From: a virus
Taxonomy: Duplodnaviria; Caudoviricetes
Length of the DNA: 33,094 nt
IMG/VR virus record: IMGVR_UViG_3300036793_000015
Coordinates: 1-33,094 of that record
Direction: 5' to 3' (one strand)
This document shows, in pieces, positions 8,216 through 15,883 of this stretch. Positions within the stretch are counted from its first letter, which is position 1. Every line of letters begins with the position of its first letter. The position numbers and the translations under genes were made by a program. Below the pieces are notes generated by a model that saw only the letters and a program-made list of their open reading frames with translations, was not told where the DNA came from and made no database searches.

Positions 8216-8391
8216 ATACAGTCGTAGCAACCCTAAGCTTCCAGCGCTCAGTCGGTGATTTAAGCATTGAGCGAACCATTAAGCTGGAACTCCCAGCATC
8301 GTTCAGTGATGGAGAAGTTAGGAACGCGATCCGCCTCGGCTTTGAAGAACTGGAACGCCAAGACGGGCCACCAAAGGAATCGGCAAAGTGA
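8212..8391 (+). CDS. Hypothetical protein
   Basis: TTG overlaps the previous TGA, AAGGAG upstream; stop overlaps the MuF GTG. Confidence 0.5.
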   Translation: MNTVVATLSFQRSVGDLSIERTIKLELPASFSDGEVRNAIRLGFEELERQDGPPKESAK

Positions 8392-9167
8392 GCGGCATTG
8401 CCACGCTCGACGCAAGGGCAACATACCGTCAGGAGCGCCTACGTTTCGCCCGTTCCCGCTCGGTTGAGAGAACCTATGCCTCCAGGCTGTTCTCTGTGGC
8501 CCGTCAGATAGGGGCAATCATTCGCGGCTTCGCTCCAGATGGTGTGACTGACCTCAGCGGCTTCTTTCAACTGCGTGAGACGCTTAACCGCTACGCGGAA
8601 ATCCTACTGCCATGGTCAAGGAAAGTAGCCGAGGACATGGTAAACGAAGTCGCGCGCAAGGATGCTTCGGCTTGGGAAGAGCATGGCCGGAAGATGGGCA
8701 GAGCCTTGCGGAAGGAACTCGCGCACGCGCCCACGGGCGAGATATTGAAGCAGTACCTAGCAGATAATGTAGATCTCATCACCAGCCTACCAAGGGTCGC
8801 AGCCGAGCGTGTTCACAAATTGACACTGGAAGGATTAAGCCAAGGTGTCCGGGCAAATGAAATCGCTAAGGAAATCTTGCGCAGTGGGCATGTCTCGGCG
8901 TCAAGGGCTCAGCTTATCGCTAGGACGGAAGTGGCGCGCACGGCCTCAGGGCTGACTATGGCTCGGGCGAAGTATGTCGGAAGCACTCAATATTCGTGGG
9001 AAACGGCCCGTGACAGCGACGTAAGACCACTACATCGCAAACTACAAGGCAAGGTTTTTGATTGGGACGATCCGCCTGTCACCGGAGAAAACGGAGAGCG
9101 ATCGCTGCCGGGCGGAATCTACCGATGCAGGTGCGTAGCCTACCCGATCATCCCCGACCTTGAATGA
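8388..9167 (+). CDS. MuF / SPP1 gp7-like head morphogenesis protein
   Basis: NVDLITSLP, RAQLIARTE, YSWETARDSDVRPLH, PGGIYRCRC. Confidence 0.95.
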   Translation: MSGIATLDARATYRQERLRFARSRSVERTYASRLFSVARQIGAIIRGFAPDGVTDLSGFFQLRETLNRYAEILLPWSRKVAEDMVNEVARKDASAWEEHGRKMGRALRKELAHAPTGEILKQYLADNVDLITSLPRVAAERVHKLTLEGLSQGVRANEIAKEILRSGHVSASRAQLIARTEVARTASGLTMARAKYVGSTQYSWETARDSDVRPLHRKLQGKVFDWDDPPVTGENGERSLPGGIYRCRCVAYPIIPDLE

Positions 9168-9168
9168 A

Positions 9169-9181
9169 GTGCAAATTTGCA
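9169..9181. repeat. GTGCAAATTTGCA, left boundary of the accessory block
   Basis: One base separates it from the MuF stop; identical 13-mer at 15858-15870. Confidence 0.9.
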
Positions 9182-9207
9182 GCCAATCTTGAAGGGAGAA
9201 TTTAGAA

Positions 9208-9609
9208 ATGCCAACTCCATCGTATAACCAAACGTCGCTAGTTACACTTCCAGGTCTGTCGGGAGTGGTTGGGCAAAACATCAACAGCGCGAACATGGAT
9301 ACCGTTACTGACGGGATCACGGCGCAGCATACGTCTCCATCGCAGGCAACCGGGACGTTGCTCGTCTCCAAGATGAACCGGGTAACGACGGTCACAAGCG
9401 CCAATGATGCGGTAACCATCGGTGTTGCTGCCGTTCCCGGCGTCTCGTTAGCCGTGCGCAACAATGCCTCAGCTAACTCAATGAATGTCTATCCTGCGGT
9501 TGGCGACAAGATCAATGCGTTGTCAGCCAATGCGGCATTTGCGATGGCCGTTGCAGACGCCACTGTTGTGTTCCGTTGCTTTACGGCTGGAACTTGGTTG
9601 ACCACGTAA
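9208..9609 (+). CDS. Putative beta-rich virion/decoration protein
   Basis: AAGGGAG RBS; Thr/Ala/Val/Asn-rich composition typical of phage structural beta proteins. Confidence 0.65.
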   Translation: MPTPSYNQTSLVTLPGLSGVVGQNINSANMDTVTDGITAQHTSPSQATGTLLVSKMNRVTTVTSANDAVTIGVAAVPGVSLAVRNNASANSMNVYPAVGDKINALSANAAFAMAVADATVVFRCFTAGTWLTT

Positions 9610-9833
9610 TGCGCGTCAACGGGCAGTTGCGGTTGAGCTCTCGGGAGCGAGAAGTCATCCGCGCCGTTGTAGACGATTGCTTGTCCATGCAGGAAGCTGC
9701 CGCAAAGTTCTTCGTGTCGAAGCACACCATCGAAACCCACCTGAACAACATTTACTCGAAACTCGCTGTGCGTTCCAAGGTAGAACTCGCACGCTGGTAC
9801 TGGAATGAAGGACGCAATGGAACAGCCAATTAA
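9609..9833 (+). CDS. Stand-alone LuxR/GerE-type HTH regulator (74 aa)
   Basis: LSSREREVI...EAAAKFFVSKHTIETHLNNIYSKLAVRSKVEL; ATG overlaps the upstream TAA. Confidence 0.9.
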   Translation: MRVNGQLRLSSREREVIRAVVDDCLSMQEAAAKFFVSKHTIETHLNNIYSKLAVRSKVELARWYWNEGRNGTAN

Positions 9834-9978
9834 TCTGTGTTGCAGTTGCGGCGAGATTCCGTCCGACTGTCAATGTTTCAACTTGCCAACGCGCTCAACA
9901 GATGGTGAAGGAGGTTCAGATGATTGTCATCTTGTCGTTGCTGATAGCAATTTGCGGCCTGTTGCTGTATGCGCTTAG
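9817..9978 (+). CDS. Small Cys-rich protein (MEQPINLCCSCGEIPSDCQC...)
   Basis: GAAGGA RBS and overlap with the LuxR stop; also overlaps the next gene by 59 nt, so uncertain. Confidence 0.4.
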   Translation: MEQPINLCCSCGEIPSDCQCFNLPTRSTDGEGGSDDCHLVVADSNLRPVAVCA

Positions 9979-10090
9979 CGCCAATCCGCGCGTAGGCGAG
10001 ATTGGTCGTATCATGTTTTTCTGTGGGTTGTTCGTGTTTCTGCTCCAGTTCGGCCAAGGGGCGGTCTTGAACCTGTTTCCACACAGATAG
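9920..10090 (+). CDS. Small two-TM membrane protein
   Basis: GAAGGAGG RBS; two hydrophobic helices; stop overlaps the sigma factor GTG. Confidence 0.75.
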   Translation: MIVILSLLIAICGLLLYALSANPRVGEIGRIMFFCGLFVFLLQFGQGAVLNLFPHR

Positions 10091-10644
10091 TGACTCACGA
10101 AGAAAAGCTCGTCGCATTCGAGGCACTGTTGGCGCAAGGCACCATGATGCAGTGGAAGATCGCACTGCGATTTATGAAGAACGAAGCGGATGCCGATGAT
10201 TGCGTTCAGGATGCGCTTCTCGCTGCTTACCAGAAGATTGACCAATGGCGCGGGGATGCCAGCATTAAGACATGGTTCACGAGCATTGTGTTGAACCAGG
10301 CCCGGCAGAATTTGCGGTGCCGAGACAGTGCGAACTTCAAGGCGTGCTTGCCGTTGGATGATGAGATCGCCCGCGACTTGCGTTGTAAGAAGCCCAATGC
10401 GGAGCAGGTTTTACTACAAGAAGAAAAATACGAAATCATCTCGAAAACTGTCGAAGCCCTCCCCGCAGTACTTTACGAAACGATCAAGCTGAGTATTGTA
10501 TTGGAACTTTCGGTATCGCAGATAATGCGCAGAAAACGCATAAGCATCCCGGCTGCGAAGTCTCGGTTATATCGTGCTCGACGCTTGGTAATTACGAGGG
10601 TGCGAACGCAGATGCAAAATGAGCAGTGCTACACAGCGAGCTGA
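10090..10644 (+). CDS. ECF-type RNA polymerase sigma factor
   Basis: Region 2 ALRFMKNEADADDCVQDALLAAY...TWFTSIVLNQARQNLR; region 4 ending AAKSRLYRARR. Confidence 0.92.
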   Translation: MTHEEKLVAFEALLAQGTMMQWKIALRFMKNEADADDCVQDALLAAYQKIDQWRGDASIKTWFTSIVLNQARQNLRCRDSANFKACLPLDDEIARDLRCKKPNAEQVLLQEEKYEIISKTVEALPAVLYETIKLSIVLELSVSQIMRRKRISIPAAKSRLYRARRLVITRVRTQMQNEQCYTAS

Positions 10645-10819
10645 GTTTCTGGCTCTTGACAGACTGATAATCGCTTTCCGACGCTTGATTTCCATTGAAC
10701 ATAGTGAATATGACGAGAAGGTCTACCGGGATCGGTTCTATGCCTATGAGCGAGCGGCGGCTAACTTTATGGAAGCTTACAAGGACAACGTGGAAGGAGG
10801 TGACCGTGAGAAAACTTAG
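10619..10819 (+). CDS. Hypothetical protein
   Basis: Helical 66-aa ORF overlapping both neighbours. Confidence 0.5.
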   Translation: MSSATQRAEFLALDRLIIAFRRLISIEHSEYDEKVYRDRFYAYERAAANFMEAYKDNVEGGDREKT

Positions 10820-13085
10820 CATCTTGTTGCTGTTCTGTTTCTCCGCGCTTGCGTTGGCTCAAGTCAACAATGGCTCAGTATCAATTACGACTACAGGCGA
10901 CACGAAGAAAATCACGAACTTGTATGGAGGTTTGATCGGAACATTTGAAGAGGTTCCGACTGGAACGGTCTCGGCAGTGTCCATTACGATCCAAGGCTGC
11001 ATGAAGAATGGAACCTGCGATACGGCCGCCGATACCTACACCGGAACGACTGCCGCCGTCAGGAGCGTGAATTTTACCAAGGCGTACACTTATTACCTGA
11101 TTACAGCCACGTGGACGGGCTCAGGAACGTGGACGGTAAATTATTCCGTGACAACGGCCCAGAATGGAAACTCCGGTGGAGGGGCAGTCAGTTCAGTATT
11201 CGGGCGCACTGGCGCAGTTGTGGCGGTCAGCGGAGATTATTCGTGTGCTCAAGTAACGGGCTGCACGACGGCAGCGTTTCAAGCGAATGGCACGCCGCTT
11301 ACTTCATCGGCTACGATCAACTTTCAAAACTCAGCGGCCTTTAATGGGCTTACCGCGACGTTTGCGAATCCGTCAGCAGGGAACGTGCAACTTGGATTTA
11401 GTGGAACGCTTGGGCCGAGCGGTATAGGAACGCTCGTAGCGGGATCGAACGGCCTAGCAACTTCCGCTACGACAGACACTACTAACGCAACGAACATCAG
11501 TTCGGGAACGCTCAATTGCGCCCGCGAACCTGCTTACACTGGCGATGCAACCAGTACGGCTGGTACCTGCGCAACAACAGTGGGCGCGTTGAACGGTACC
11601 AGTTTAGGGGGACTTTCGACAGGCATATTGAAAAACACAACCGGAACGGGCGTGCCTTCTATTGCAGTAGCGGGGGATTTCCCTACGTTGAACCAAAATA
11701 CAACCGGTACATCAGCCAACTTGAGCGGCACGCAGACCGCGAATTTCTTCTACGCAGCGCCGAATGGCTCTAGTGGCACGGGAGCTTGGCGCGCGATCGT
11801 TGCTGCTGACATTCCGACCTTAAACCAAAATACTACAGGGACAGCGTCAAATCTCAGTGGCACTCCAGCTTTGCCAAACGGAACCACGGCTACGACGCAA
11901 ACTGCCGGAGATGTAACCACAAAAATCGCCACAGACGCTTTTGTCAGTACCATCTTTGCAGCGCCTCCTGGAATCGGCTCAACGACTCCAGCTTCAGGCG
12001 CGTTCACAACAGCGACAGCCAGCACTTCGATGACTAGTAGCACCTTCTACGGACTAAGCATCGCAGGTGCGGTGCAGATTTGCGGATCAAACAATGTTAA
12101 CTGCACGCAGTCATTTGCGGGTCAGCTGGGCTCCATGCTGATCGACGGCGCGCATAACTCATCGGTAAACGCTTCTGCCAATGCTGGCCCACTTCTTTTA
12201 ATGGGAGGCGTTCTCAACTCCACTCCGAATGCCGCTTCCCTCGAAGGAGCAATACAGATAGCCGCTGGCTACCTTAAGGGAACCACAATTACAGCCATTG
12301 GAGACATAGAGTGCGGAACGACCACTGCTTTCACGGTCACCGATTGCCCTGTCGGAACAGGAAACGTGATTGGGATAGCAGTTAAAATTACGAACCCCGT
12401 GGTTGTGGTTACCCACGGGACAGTCCCGGTTATCTTGGATAACACGGCGACTATAGGCGATTTTATTTGCAAAAGTTCTTCGGTGGCGGGTCAAGGTCAT
12501 GACAATGGCACGGTGCCATGCCCTCCAATGACACCGGAGATTGGAGTCGTAATCGCCGTTGCTGGAACGCTGCCTGGGCTTACTGGAATAGCTTCCGGGA
12601 CAACTGTCCTCTCCACTTCGCTCCCTGAAGTTGAACTGCATATTGGAGGTCAAGGGGTATCGCAGTCCGGAGCAGTTAATTCGACGGGGCAAACTGCTGC
12701 AATCTCCACCGCAACTCTTTGCGGCGCGACCTCCGATGCTTGCAATATTGCGGGTCAGTACCATCTCCACTGGAATTTCTGGGGATCAGGAACGGCGTGT
12801 TCTAGCGTCACGGCTGGTTCAGTGACTTTTCTTTTGACGTGGACAGATGAGAATGCGGTCGCTCACTCGGCTGTAGCGTTACAAATGATGGCCCAAACCG
12901 GAGCAGCTACTTCAGCCATGCAAGCCAGTTTCCCATTCCAAACTGCTCTGGCCAACGAGTCGGCAAGCGGAGATTTTACGTTCTCGACGAACGGATCGAT
13001 TGTGCAGTACGCGACTGGCTATACGGCGTGCACAACGGGAACGGGAACGTACAACTTAAGGGCGGCGGTCACAAGAGTGCAATGA
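10806..13085 (+). CDS. Fibre-like Thr/Gly/Ser-rich protein with N-terminal signal peptide (759 aa)
   Basis: GGAGGTGA RBS before GTG 10806; MRKLSILLLFCFSALALA|QV; fibre-type motifs VSSVFGRTGAV and TQTAGDVTTKIATDAFV; 16 Cys in the mature part. Confidence 0.85.
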   Translation: MRKLSILLLFCFSALALAQVNNGSVSITTTGDTKKITNLYGGLIGTFEEVPTGTVSAVSITIQGCMKNGTCDTAADTYTGTTAAVRSVNFTKAYTYYLITATWTGSGTWTVNYSVTTAQNGNSGGGAVSSVFGRTGAVVAVSGDYSCAQVTGCTTAAFQANGTPLTSSATINFQNSAAFNGLTATFANPSAGNVQLGFSGTLGPSGIGTLVAGSNGLATSATTDTTNATNISSGTLNCAREPAYTGDATSTAGTCATTVGALNGTSLGGLSTGILKNTTGTGVPSIAVAGDFPTLNQNTTGTSANLSGTQTANFFYAAPNGSSGTGAWRAIVAADIPTLNQNTTGTASNLSGTPALPNGTTATTQTAGDVTTKIATDAFVSTIFAAPPGIGSTTPASGAFTTATASTSMTSSTFYGLSIAGAVQICGSNNVNCTQSFAGQLGSMLIDGAHNSSVNASANAGPLLLMGGVLNSTPNAASLEGAIQIAAGYLKGTTITAIGDIECGTTTAFTVTDCPVGTGNVIGIAVKITNPVVVVTHGTVPVILDNTATIGDFICKSSSVAGQGHDNGTVPCPPMTPEIGVVIAVAGTLPGLTGIASGTTVLSTSLPEVELHIGGQGVSQSGAVNSTGQTAAISTATLCGATSDACNIAGQYHLHWNFWGSGTACSSVTAGSVTFLLTWTDENAVAHSAVALQMMAQTGAATSAMQASFPFQTALANESASGDFTFSTNGSIVQYATGYTACTTGTGTYNLRAAVTRVQ
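11676..11864 (+). repeat. Internal 19-aa duplication in the fibre-like protein
   Basis: DFPTLNQNTTGTSANLSGT (11676-11732) and DIPTLNQNTTGTASNLSGT (11808-11864). Confidence 0.9.
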
Positions 13086-13558
13086 TGCGGAAACTGTTTG
13101 CGTTAATCGTTGGTTGTGTACTGATAGGTTTTGTCCTAGCCGATTTGGTTGACTTGCACTCACATATGGTGCAAGCCGATTCCACGAGTTACGCCCTCGG
13201 TTCTGGGCAGTCTGGATTTGTTTCCTGCACTTAGGCTACTCCGTGCGCTTCGAGCGCGACGACAATTTACGTTACTCCGGTTACGACTTTATATCGTGTT
13301 GTTGCCGCTATTGCCTGCACTTCATCTACGGCAACCGCAACCGCTATTCTGGCGATTAAATACACCGATCCAAGCAGCACGGTGCAAACGGTAACCCTGG
13401 CCACAGCGACCTGCACCACTTTAGGAGTTGCTTCGGTGGCGAACATGAATCAAGAAGTGGTGGCAATTACCGGAACAAATATTCAGTACAGCGTAACAGT
13501 GGCGAACTCGCCGAGTTATCAGGCCCGTGTGGCGGTGTATCAGGAAGGCATGAATTAA
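13082..13558 (+). pseudogene. Exported beta protein interrupted by one in-frame TAG (13232-13234)
   Basis: Hydrophobic N-terminus MMRKLFALIVGCVLIGFVLA; frame stays open for 107 more codons after the TAG, to TAA 13558 just before the next RBS. Confidence 0.75.
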
Positions 13559-13572
13559 GGAGGATATAGAGA

Positions 13573-13959
13573 ATGAAACATCAACTATGGCTCTGGGGCT
13601 GGTTCTTTATGGGAGCGCTAATGTACTGGCTGAAGAGAGCTTTCTACCTCGTGACTGGGCCAAATCCGATAGCTAATACTTATGGCCAGTTCATCCAACG
13701 TTGCTGGATACCATTGATCGTCCGCTTCTTTCTCGACTCCCTTGTGTTCTGGGCGCTGTTTACCCCTGGATTCGCCGACAAGGCTCTTAACTATCTCGGT
13801 TGGTCAAGCTTTGCATGGGCAGTGCAGATGGTCACACAGTTCGCCGTGTTCGCGGCCGTGTTCGGGCATACAGTCGATTCAGGCATGGATTTTGCAGTCA
13901 GTAAAGTCCCGTGGATTAAAGACGTTCTTCCGCAAATGCCGCCGCCGCTAAAGACTTAA
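13573..13959 (+). CDS. Multi-TM membrane protein, candidate holin
   Basis: AAGGAGG RBS; about three hydrophobic segments; upstream of the endolysin. Confidence 0.6.
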   Translation: MKHQLWLWGWFFMGALMYWLKRAFYLVTGPNPIANTYGQFIQRCWIPLIVRFFLDSLVFWALFTPGFADKALNYLGWSSFAWAVQMVTQFAVFAAVFGHTVDSGMDFAVSKVPWIKDVLPQMPPPLKT

Positions 13960-14022
13960 CCATGATACCCGCAGGCCCGAACGTCAATGAAAGGAAGCCA
14001 GTGATCTCGGGCAACAAGGACA

Positions 14023-14250
14023 ATGGTTCATGACTGGACTGCAACTAGCGTCAACGGCCTACTCGGTCTCGCGTGTACTGGTCTGTGTTGGCTTGTTAAG
14101 CGTATTTTTAACCGCGTTGAAAGGTTATTTTCTGATAAGAAAGTTGACCGGGAAGCGATTATCTGTCTCGCAGAGTACCTTGCTATGCGAAGCGATTTCC
14201 AGTTCCCCCGCCATTTACACAACCGAATATTCGACCAAGGGGATCGCTAG
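14023..14250 (+). CDS. Small single-TM protein (holin/antiholin-like)
   Basis: AAGGA RBS; N-terminal hydrophobic segment then charged helix. Confidence 0.55.
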   Translation: MVHDWTATSVNGLLGLACTGLCWLVKRIFNRVERLFSDKKVDREAIICLAEYLAMRSDFQFPRHLHNRIFDQGDR

Positions 14251-14683
14251 TGTCGTTCTCATGTCGGTTTTGATCTCGCTGACTTCTTTTGGGATAAGCG
14301 TTTGGCTCTTGTACGACAGATTTGCAAGGCAGGAGTTAGTCAAGCTCGAAGATGTGCACGTACTGGAAAGATTCAATGGCCAGGATTTTTCAATGGAAGT
14401 GCAAACGCAACCCGGAAATGGAGACTGGAAAACATTCTCGGCGCATACCTGTGACCCGCTTGACAATGAAGTTGTCGATGGAGTCACGATGCTCGTTTTC
14501 TACTATGTAGTCGATAGCGGACTCGACTGTTTCGACTGGAAAGCGAAGCACGCAGGCTACACGTTATGGAGAGATCATGCGAATAAACCGATCGTTGGAA
14601 GTCGACCACCCGCCGCACACTCCCACTCCAACCCCACAACCGAAGCAGCCGAAACCAGACCCACAACCGCCGAAGGACGGTGA
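14030..14683 (+). CDS. Membrane-anchored hypothetical protein; start uncertain (14030 or 14261)
   Basis: TM segment SVVLMSVLISLTSFGISVWLLY followed by a globular domain with two Cys. Confidence 0.55.
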   Translation: MTGLQLASTAYSVSRVLVCVGLLSVFLTALKGYFLIRKLTGKRLSVSQSTLLCEAISSSPAIYTTEYSTKGIASVVLMSVLISLTSFGISVWLLYDRFARQELVKLEDVHVLERFNGQDFSMEVQTQPGNGDWKTFSAHTCDPLDNEVVDGVTMLVFYYVVDSGLDCFDWKAKHAGYTLWRDHANKPIVGSRPPAAHSHSNPTTEAAETRPTTAEGR

Positions 14684-14689
14684 GTAGCA

Positions 14690-15097
14690 ATGGATGACTT
14701 GCAGCGCGAGACGGAAGTAGCGCAGGTGTTACTCCGTCTCGCGCCTAAGATCATCGAGCAGTTGCACGAGGGAATCGTGATTGTCGATGACCATCTTGAT
14801 ATTCGCTTTGTGAACGGTTCGGCTGAGTTCCTGTTTGATTATCACCGCGACCAGTTGATTGGGCAGAACATCAACGTGCTTCTTCCAGAGCGATTCCGGC
14901 AAAAGCATTCTGAATACACGTCACACTATGTTGAGCGCCCTTCGCCTCGCACGATGGGCAGAGGGATCGCGCTATTCGGGGTCAATAGCAAGGGTCGCGA
15001 GTTCCCAGTTGAAATAAGTCTCTCGCCGTTTAAGACCATTCTCGGAACATTTGTGGTTGCGGTCGTACATGCGAAAGAAGTCGAACGTGAATTGTGA
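14690..15097 (+). CDS. Stand-alone PAS domain protein, FixL-like
   Basis: EGIVIVD...IRFVNGSAEFLFDY..DQLIGQNINVLLPERFRQKH...MGRG..LFG..SKGREFPVEISLSP; no output domain. Confidence 0.93.
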   Translation: MDDLQRETEVAQVLLRLAPKIIEQLHEGIVIVDDHLDIRFVNGSAEFLFDYHRDQLIGQNINVLLPERFRQKHSEYTSHYVERPSPRTMGRGIALFGVNSKGREFPVEISLSPFKTILGTFVVAVVHAKEVEREL

Positions 15098-15363
15098 CCA
15101 TACTGGAGTACGACGGCGTAAAGGAGATCGGACTCGGGGCAGCGCTGATGATGGCGCTATTGATCGTAAAGGAGACGGTGGCCGGGTTATTGAGACGAAG
15201 AAACGGTAACGGACACACAACAGTCAGTAGTGGCGATCTCCCGAAAGAGTACTGGGAGAAGAGATTCGACCAGCACGATACTAAACTCGAAAATGTTCAT
15301 AACGATCTGCGCGACATTAAGGCTTCGGTCATGATCCTGATTCGATGGAAGGGTGGAGATTAG
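15094..15363 (+). CDS. Single-TM plus coiled-coil protein, candidate holin
   Basis: TM IGLGAALMMALLIV; coiled C-terminus; overlaps the PAS stop and the endolysin start. Confidence 0.6.
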   Translation: MTILEYDGVKEIGLGAALMMALLIVKETVAGLLRRRNGNGHTTVSSGDLPKEYWEKRFDQHDTKLENVHNDLRDIKASVMILIRWKGGD

Positions 15364-15850
15364 ATTGAACGAAATTAGTGAGCAACGATTGGCCGAAGTC
15401 CATCCGCACTTAGCGAGGATTATTCGTATTCTGGCCTCCGATATGGAGGTGAATTATAACGAACCAATCCAAGTCGAACAGGCATTCAGGAACTGGGCCA
15501 CGCAAGAAAAACTATGGGAAAGTGGCCGAACCGCGCCGGGGCCGGTAGTTACGCATGCGCGGCCTGGACATTCATGGCACGAATTTGGATTGGCAGTTGA
15601 TGTCTGTCCTTTGTCGCTTCTGTCAAAACCGAACTGGGATTACAACTCTCCGCTTTGGCTGAGGCTCGGAGCGCTCGGAAAATCACTCGGACTCTTTTGG
15701 GGCGGCGACTTTGTACACTGCTCGCCCGATCGGCCTCATTTTCAGTTGACTGGTGTGTTGCCTGTATCGCCTGACGACGCAACGCGGCTGCTATTTCAGC
15801 AAGGTGGAATACAGGATGTTTGGGACGCGACAGGCTTAAGTCTGAGTTAG
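15353..15850 (+). CDS. Endolysin, M15-family metallopeptidase (CwlK/Ply500-like)
   Basis: FRNWATQEKLWESGRT.PG.VVTHA, SWHEFGLAVD, WGGDF, DRPHFQL. Confidence 0.93.
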   Translation: MEIRLNEISEQRLAEVHPHLARIIRILASDMEVNYNEPIQVEQAFRNWATQEKLWESGRTAPGPVVTHARPGHSWHEFGLAVDVCPLSLLSKPNWDYNSPLWLRLGALGKSLGLFWGGDFVHCSPDRPHFQLTGVLPVSPDDATRLLFQQGGIQDVWDATGLSLS

Positions 15851-15857
15851 ATAGTCG

Positions 15858-15870
15858 GTGCAAATTTGCA
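15858..15870. repeat. GTGCAAATTTGCA, right boundary of the accessory block
   Basis: Between the endolysin stop (15850) and the DUF2213 start (15884). Confidence 0.9.
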
Positions 15871-15883
15871 TCTCGTAAGTTAA

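Noticed and set aside
10695-10805. Upstream start given in the ORF track for the fibre-like gene
   Set aside because: A strong RBS and a clean signal peptide point to GTG 10806; the upstream part overlaps another ORF
13232-13234. Genome-wide TAG recoding (alternative genetic code)
   Set aside because: TAG is the normal stop of the endolysin, scaffold, capsid, tube and chaperone genes, and no other gene is broken by it
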